DNA of 44,101 nt from a virus: positions 1-44,101 of IMG/VR virus record IMGVR_UViG_3300026288_000007; one strand, 5' to 3'. A program made the translations under genes and the position numbers. The notes beneath the pieces were generated by a model that did no database searches, was not told where the DNA came from, and worked only from the letters and a program-made list of their open reading frames with translations. Positions 39,189-44,101 of the stretch are shown piece after piece. Every line of letters starts with the position of its first letter. Position 1 is the first letter of the stretch.

Positions 39189-39874
39189 CAAACGAACAAA
39201 AATCAATCCTTTCAATTCGCATAGTAGCGGCAATAATGACTGTTTTATTAGGTATCGGAATAGGTTATCTTATTTGGCACGATAAACCGGTGCAAATCGT
39301 TAATAAGGTTGATAAAGTAAAAGTTGATAGTTTGCAAAATGTCATTAACACTCTTACATTACAGCTCAATAACATCAAAGAATACAAAGTAAAAGAAAAG
39401 ATAATCTACAAAACTCAAATAGTAAAAGAAAAAGAAAAGATTTATCAGGCACTTGACACAGCAGCAAGGGTCAATGTATTTCAAAAGTGGGTTGTTGATT
39501 CAAGCGGAATAGCCTACAAACCTACACAAGTCAGCGATACAAGCATTGCGATAGAACTAAAACAAATGGATTACCTTACATTACAGCAATACCGATATCA
39601 AAACACTCAAGAACTTCTTCAGATATACAAGATAGGGTACTACAACAAAGATAGCGTTAACACATTACAGAAAAACATCATTGATACCTATACTCAATTG
39701 AACAATAGCAAGGATGCTATCATAAGCGCTCAAATCAATGAATACAACACTATGCAGCAGCAAATCAAACAAATCAACAAAGATCTAAAAAGGGAGCGTA
39801 ACAAAACAATAATAACCGGTGTTGCAGGTGGATTAATTGCCGGCGCTATTACTATTCTTTATATAACAAAATAA
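39185..39874 (+). CDS. Spanin-like membrane coiled-coil protein
   Basis: N-terminal TM segment, long coiled coil, C-terminal hydrophobic segment; after the endolysin. Confidence 0.6.
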   Translation: MTNEQKSILSIRIVAAIMTVLLGIGIGYLIWHDKPVQIVNKVDKVKVDSLQNVINTLTLQLNNIKEYKVKEKIIYKTQIVKEKEKIYQALDTAARVNVFQKWVVDSSGIAYKPTQVSDTSIAIELKQMDYLTLQQYRYQNTQELLQIYKIGYYNKDSVNTLQKNIIDTYTQLNNSKDAIISAQINEYNTMQQQIKQINKDLKRERNKTIITGVAGGLIAGAITILYITK

Positions 39875-39901
39875 AAAAAGGGCTGCATCGCTGCAGCCCT
39901 T
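39873..39901. terminator. Terminator between convergent lysis operon and cassette array
   Basis: A7-aagggctgca-tcgc-tgcagccctt; U-tail on the minus strand. Confidence 0.85.
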
Positions 39902-39989
39902 CTAAATAAAGTGTGTGCAAGTGCTACATTCGTGCATTTAATCAACATTTGTGGTTAAATTCGTAAAAGCAAAAAGCCCAGATCACATT

Positions 39990-40466
39990 TTAAAAATAGT
40001 TATCAAGGTTCGTATTGATTTGCTTCAAATCTTCTTTGTGCTTGTTGTTTTTGTCAGCATAAGTCATTTTTGCCATAATAGCATAATTCACATTTTGAAC
40101 GCAAATTTTACGACCAAGAAATTCAATCTTTGAATGCTGCATTTCTTCATCAGATACTTTAAAGCAACAAGTTTTTACACCTGCTATTTTTGCTCCAGTT
40201 CTTTGAATTTCTACACCATTTACATTCGTAACTGTGTCTGATAATATTTGCCCATCATTTACAATTGATAAAAAACCATTTTTTGTAAGGTTTTCATTCA
40301 AGTGAAAAAATAAATCAATATCAGACACCTTTCTGTTAATCAATCCAACAGCATTTAAAGCTATTGAGCCACCAAAAACAGCGTTTGGTGTGTGTTTAAT
40401 TATCAGGTCTATCGCATTTAAGATTTCAGCTGATAATACTTCTTTGCTTTCTAAATTATTTGTCAT
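39990..40466 (-). CDS. Nucleotidyltransferase-fold protein (start 40466 or 40511)
   Basis: VFGGSIAL...G...R.VSDIDL motif; C-terminal K......KH..DL. Confidence 0.7.
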   Translation of the reverse strand: MTNNLESKEVLSAEILNAIDLIIKHTPNAVFGGSIALNAVGLINRKVSDIDLFFHLNENLTKNGFLSIVNDGQILSDTVTNVNGVEIQRTGAKIAGVKTCCFKVSDEEMQHSKIEFLGRKICVQNVNYAIMAKMTYADKNNKHKEDLKQINTNLDNYF

Positions 40467-40532
40467 CGCTTTTTTCTTTTTGTTTTTCTGTTTAGTGTTC
40501 CAATTGGGCATCCTGCTAAATAAGTCGGCACT

Positions 40533-40673
40533 TCATATAACAGCGGTTTGGCGAAATAGCCCTCCACCGCCAAACAAATCATAAAATTTTTCACTATTGT
40601 GACGGTTGAATATCACATCAACAATCCTATGAGCCAACTTTCTCTTTGAACCCATGTATGGTATCCCTTCCAT
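40533..40673 (-). pseudogene. Truncated Dam/D12-class adenine methyltransferase fused to an attC-like half site
   Basis: MEGIPYMGSKRKLAHRIVDVIFNRHNSEKFYDLFGGGG|LFRQTAVI*. Motifs X and I only; TAATG-coupled to the upstream gene. Core tcatatAAC at 40533-40541. Confidence 0.82.
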
Positions 40674-41050
40674 TATTTTAACAATTTTTCAATCTCATTT
40701 TCTAAGCTTGTCTTGCAATATTGCAATATTCTTACCTTCTCTAATTCTTCTTCGCTTTTGCGAGGCGCACCTTTAACCCATGATGATAGATTAATCGTGG
40801 AGAATCCTAATCCACCTGCCTCTACACAGTAATCATACCACTCCAATAAGTCTTTTTTGATAACCTCATTTTCAACGCAAAATATAATATCATCTAAAGA
40901 AAAGTAATAATCATCAACGCAAACAATCGTTCCAACTTGACCTCCAACCCAATAATAAGGGTCATAATAAAATTCATATACTTTACAAAAGTTTTGTAAA
41001 TAATCATTACAAGCTTTCTCGTAATTTCTTTTTAAATTCTCTTTCTTCAT
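40673..41050 (-). CDS. Hypothetical phage protein
   Basis: 125-aa ORF with YWVG..VG and IN..SW.KGAPR motifs. Confidence 0.8.
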   Translation of the reverse strand: MKKENLKRNYEKACNDYLQNFCKVYEFYYDPYYWVGGQVGTIVCVDDYYFSLDDIIFCVENEVIKKDLLEWYDYCVEAGGLGFSTINLSSWVKGAPRKSEEELEKVRILQYCKTSLENEIEKLLK

Positions 41051-41094
41051 CTAAATACTATCTATTTCCATAGTTATATTATAATTTAATCGTT

Positions 41095-41122
41095 TTATTG
41101 CGTATATACAGTTGTTGTACGC
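41095..41122. repeat. Right half of an attC-like site (core GTTgtacgc 41114-41122)
   Basis: Exact reverse complement of gcgtacAAC at 42071-42079. Confidence 0.75.
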
Positions 41123-41126
41123 AACC

Positions 41127-42122
41127 TTAAAACAGCTTCGGTGCATAATTCAACCTTTGATTAATAATATCTACATATTGACTTTCTGTTTCAAAGACAA
41201 TACAGTTTCTTTTTAATTCTTGACAAGCGACAATTTCAGAACCGCTACCGCCAAAAGGAATTAATACATTATCGTTTTCGTTGCTACTTGCTTTTACAAT
41301 CCTTTGGCAAATATTCTGTGGCTTTTGTGTTGGGTGTCCATATCTTACTTTATCGGGTGTAAAATCCCATACATCTGTAGTTCCAGTTGGTAAGTTAAAA
41401 GTATATCTTATGCTTTCAAACTCTGCAAGTAGTTCTTCGTATGGTTTCTGAAAATGACCTGTTTTTTGGAACGCTTCGTAATGTTCCTTTTTAGGGAATA
41501 TCCAAGCAGTATTGCCAAAATATCTCAAACCACCTGCACCAATCTTTAATCCCATAAGTTCTCTAAATCCATCACTAACAAAACCATCCTTTTTTGCTTT
41601 TGCTTTTTCCTGTTGCAAATATTCTCTTATCGGTTTATATATCTCATTAGCATTTTCATTGTTTTGGAATGAAATATTTTGATTTACATAAAAAAGCAAA
41701 TATTCACTTGCGGTTGGGTACATTCTTAATTTATCACTTGTCCTCCCTGCAATGCTTTTCAAGCCTTTATCAAGTGTAATATTTTGTCTAAAATTCAACT
41801 GCTTATCAAATAACAATACTTTTTGTTTGCTTAAAATATCAAAGTTCCCATAGCAATAAAATGAACCTGTATCTTTCAAAACTCTTACACATTCATTAAA
41901 CCAAAGTTTGCACCATTCTAAATATTCTTCTTCTGTTTTCCATTGCTTATCCCATTTTTCATTTATCGCTTTGTAATATGGTGGGTCTGCAATTATTAAG
42001 TCTTGACTTTTATCTTCAATCCCCTTAAATCCTTCCAAAACATCAACATTGCGAACAGACAAAAAAGGCTGCGTACAACATCGGTTTGGCAAAATGGGGG
42101 CATCTGTAATTCTATTGAACAT
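41127..42122 (-). CDS. DNA methyltransferase, beta class (N6-A/N4-C), on a cassette
   Basis: DLIIADPPY, DVW, HPTQKP, PFGGSGS. ATG at 42122 lies within the hairpin loop (track start 42263 overlaps another gene). Confidence 0.92.
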   Translation of the reverse strand: MFNRITDAPILPNRCCTQPFLSVRNVDVLEGFKGIEDKSQDLIIADPPYYKAINEKWDKQWKTEEEYLEWCKLWFNECVRVLKDTGSFYCYGNFDILSKQKVLLFDKQLNFRQNITLDKGLKSIAGRTSDKLRMYPTASEYLLFYVNQNISFQNNENANEIYKPIREYLQQEKAKAKKDGFVSDGFRELMGLKIGAGGLRYFGNTAWIFPKKEHYEAFQKTGHFQKPYEELLAEFESIRYTFNLPTGTTDVWDFTPDKVRYGHPTQKPQNICQRIVKASSNENDNVLIPFGGSGSEIVACQELKRNCIVFETESQYVDIINQRLNYAPKLF

Positions 42123-42206
42123 TTGTACTTTTATTAACTTTTGTAATTCTAATCGGCTTTTGTGGGTTAAATTCCCCCACTTCGCCAAGCCGTAGGCGTT
42201 GTGCGT
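42071..42206. repeat. attC-like recombination site (complete hairpin)
   Basis: gcgtacAAC; cggtttggcaaaatggggg 42082-42100 pairs with cccccacttcgccaagccg 42174-42192; GTTgtgcgt 42198-42206. Confidence 0.88.
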
Positions 42207-42210
42207 AATT

Positions 42211-42474
42211 TTAGTAACCCCGCAACTGTTTGGCAAGTTTTGATAAAACATCGTATATCTCACAATTTGGATTTACGATAGAAATCACCAAATCTTCATC
42301 ATCGTTTAAATCAATCCGTATGTTTTTTTTACTAAACTCTAATGTGATGACATCTTTGTATGGCTTTTCATTATTGCCAGTTAACGGCTCTGAACAGTCA
42401 TTGTACCAATGCTCATTGTCGTCAGTTAGTAATATTGTGCTTTTTGAACTCATAATAAAAACTACGCCCAACAT
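42211..42474 (-). CDS. Hypothetical cassette protein
   Basis: Fills the interval between cores 42198 and 42464. Confidence 0.75.
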   Translation of the reverse strand: MLGVVFIMSSKSTILLTDDNEHWYNDCSEPLTGNNEKPYKDVITLEFSKKNIRIDLNDDEDLVISIVNPNCEIYDVLSKLAKQLRGY

Positions 42475-42598
42475 TATATTGGCAAAAGCGGGGCTGATGT
42501 GCTAAAACCAACAGAAGTACACTTATTAAACTTTTGAATTGACATCGGCAGTAGTACTTCAATTCCCTGCCTTCGCCAATACTTTCTCCGTTGCACGC
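42464..42598. repeat. attC-like recombination site (complete hairpin)
   Basis: acgcccAAC; tattggcaaaagcgggg 42477-42493 pairs with ccctgccttcgccaata 42565-42581; GTTgcacgc 42590-42598. Confidence 0.88.
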
Positions 42599-42813
42599 TA
42601 TTTGGCAGCGTCTCTAATATCGCCGGTTGACAGGACAAAGTCTTTACGGATGGTACATTTTTCATTCTCAAAAGGCTCTGAAAAATCGTACCTATCCAGG
42701 GTGAATTTTGAAACGCCTAAATCTTTATTATCCAAAAAAATAGCAGCAAGCGAACCATAATATTTGTGTTCGCCTGTTGCTTTAATTGTTAAGTGAAATA
42801 ATCTGCGTTTCAT
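42598..42813 (-). CDS. Small putative DNA-binding protein, paralogue of 1625..1858
   Basis: TGEHKYYGSLAAI motif. Confidence 0.72.
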   Translation of the reverse strand: MKRRLFHLTIKATGEHKYYGSLAAIFLDNKDLGVSKFTLDRYDFSEPFENEKCTIRKDFVLSTGDIRDAAK

Positions 42814-43190
42814 TAGTTAGTGTTCTTTGTACTATTTATTCTTGAATTCTTATACAAATCTTGTCCAGGTCGTGCAGGAGTTTTATCATCAAACATTTCT
42901 GCATCAATAAGAAACTGCACGCCGTTCCATTTAACTTGATACATAAATCTATCTTTTAAATCTTTTGGGTGTTTTTTATTGTAATCGCTTTCATATCCTT
43001 CAGAAAGGATCTCAACTAATGAACCGGCAGGGATAACCATTTTTTCAATTTCTTTTGCCTGCTCAAGATTGTTTAAAATTTGCTTTTTTGTTATTTCGTC
43101 TGACCAGTGTTTGTTTGTTTTATCATTCAACGACTGTAGATGAGAAAGGCTGAAAGCCGGTGTGTAGTCTTTTAAAATTTTCTTTTTCAT
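42813..43190 (-). CDS. Hypothetical protein
   Basis: TAATG coupling to the downstream gene. Confidence 0.75.
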   Translation of the reverse strand: MKKKILKDYTPAFSLSHLQSLNDKTNKHWSDEITKKQILNNLEQAKEIEKMVIPAGSLVEILSEGYESDYNKKHPKDLKDRFMYQVKWNGVQFLIDAEMFDDKTPARPGQDLYKNSRINSTKNTN

Positions 43191-43194
43191 AATA

Positions 43195-43545
43195 TTACAT
43201 ATTTAAATAGTCAGCAGGATTAACAGGAAAACCTTTAGCAGCATCTTTTCTCATTTGATTAGGCATCCAGTTTTCAGTATCGCTGTTATATTTTTTATTT
43301 GCAGCGACTGGTTTAATTTGATTTTCATAAACGCAACCCCAAATATTTTTACCATGAAATTGAGATGAAATTTCTAAAGCAGCTTTCAATTCTTCTGTAT
43401 CCATGTTTTCTAAAGTTCCTTTCGGTTGATAATAATTTCCAGATTTGTAATAGCAGCCTTGATTTTTACACCCTTCAAAACTTACATAAATTCTAAATTC
43501 GCCTTTTGGGCTTTTCCATGTGTTGATTTTTGTTATTTTTCTCAT
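43195..43545 (-). CDS. Hypothetical protein
   Basis: First ORF after promoter 43565-43596; W......RIYV motif. Confidence 0.75.
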   Translation of the reverse strand: MRKITKINTWKSPKGEFRIYVSFEGCKNQGCYYKSGNYYQPKGTLENMDTEELKAALEISSQFHGKNIWGCVYENQIKPVAANKKYNSDTENWMPNQMRKDAAKGFPVNPADYLNM

Positions 43546-43564
43546 GTTGTTTGCTTTTGTGATA

Positions 43565-43596
43565 CAAATATAAGCAGCTTATTTGTATTCAACAAA
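43565..43596 (-). promoter_or_regulatory. Bacteroidota-type promoter carried inside a cassette
   Basis: TTTG-N20-TATATTTG with an AT-rich upstream region. Confidence 0.78.
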
Positions 43597-43654
43597 TATT
43601 TTTACAATTTTTTTTCATTATTTTGTAATTTTAACAAACTTTAACAAATAAACA

Positions 43655-43682
43655 GCGTGCAACAAGGTATTAGCAATATGGC
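43655..43682. repeat. attC-like left half site
   Basis: gcgtgcAAC (exact complement of 42590-42598) plus aaggtattagcaatatggc, one mismatch to 524-542. Confidence 0.85.
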
Positions 43683-43691
43683 TACCCCCGA

Positions 43692-44024
43692 CTAATCGGC
43701 AGTAACATTTTCCATTTCTGAAATGTATTTTTCCCAACCATTTTTATGGGCATATAAAACGTGATTTGTTGAAACCTGCATCATTGCACCAGAGGCACCA
43801 TTGCTTATTGCTTCATTCATTGCAGATTGCATATCTTTCATATCATCGTTTTCATTTGTTGTTAACCCATAAACATTTTTAAATTGGTCGAATGTTGGGT
43901 TGGCTTCTTTGTGTTTGTCGAGCCATTCCATCCCTGTTTGAACCATTTTTCGGCAGGCATCTTCATAACCGCCTCCAAAACCTGAAACTTCTCTACATTT
44001 TTCTGTATACTGATACTTTGACAT
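43692..44024 (-). CDS. Hypothetical cassette protein
   Basis: 110-aa ORF between half sites. Confidence 0.78.
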   Translation of the reverse strand: MSKYQYTEKCREVSGFGGGYEDACRKMVQTGMEWLDKHKEANPTFDQFKNVYGLTTNENDDMKDMQSAMNEAISNGASGAMMQVSTNHVLYAHKNGWEKYISEMENVTAD

Positions 44025-44072
44025 TTTGCTTGTGTTTTTTAAATTTTATACCCTTGTAAATTAACCGCCACT

Positions 44073-44101
44073 TCTGCTAACAATTGCTGCAATAGCGGCT
44101 T
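44073..44101. repeat. attC-like left half site cut by the window end
   Basis: cact-tctgctAAC-a context resembles the cact...AAC context at 122-135 and 40529-40541. Confidence 0.5.

Larger units (their letters stand above)
1..44101. mobile_element. Tailed dsDNA phage genome (siphovirus-like), near complete, probable Bacteroidota host
   Basis: Terminase, S49 protease, capsid/portal-like genes, tape measure, fibres, holin/endolysin, primase/helicase and RecT are all present. No host housekeeping genes seen. Bacteroidota-type promoters recur. Confidence 0.95.

Noticed and set aside
42474..42671. ORF 42474..42671 and similar ORFs crossing hairpins (573..797, upstream part of 41127..42263)
   Set aside because: They overlap better-supported genes and translate hairpin DNA; treated as incidental.
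4009..43644. Numerous antisense or nested ORFs in the track (e.g. 6179..6580, 10098..10394, 22225..24929 plus strand, 32693..35741 minus strand)
   Set aside because: Shadow ORFs of long, well-supported genes with no independent motifs.
1..44101. Alternative genetic code
   Set aside because: Core genes are full length under code 11, and TAA, TAG and TGA all act as stops.

Overview
The window is a near-complete, AT-rich tailed-phage (siphovirus-like) genome. Repeated TTTG-N20/21-TAnnTTTG promoters point to a Bacteroidota host. Modules in order: small accessory genes (-, 1-2.6 kb); recombination operon (MBL hydrolase, RecT, SMC-like ATPase; -) interrupted by a precisely delimited TnpB-only IS200/IS605 element (3313-4589); an iteron-rich putative origin (8448-8733); primase, helicase, VRR-NUC, SSB-like gene, a tRNA-Gly-like RNA, terS/terL and a frameshifting tail chaperone (+); an inverted tail module (-); head, portal, fibre and lysis genes (+); and a second accessory block (-, 39.9-44.1 kb). 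The standout is that both accessory blocks are built as integron-like gene-cassette arrays. Hairpins of 97-138 bp are bounded by ...AAC and GTT... cores, and in five cases the 9-nt GTT core opening a cassette complements the AAC core closing that same cassette rather than the core of its own hairpin. No integrase is recognisable in the window, and the hairpins themselves supply start codons and N-termini of cargo genes, including a DNA methyltransferase. All calls are by eye from motifs and synteny; no searches were run.
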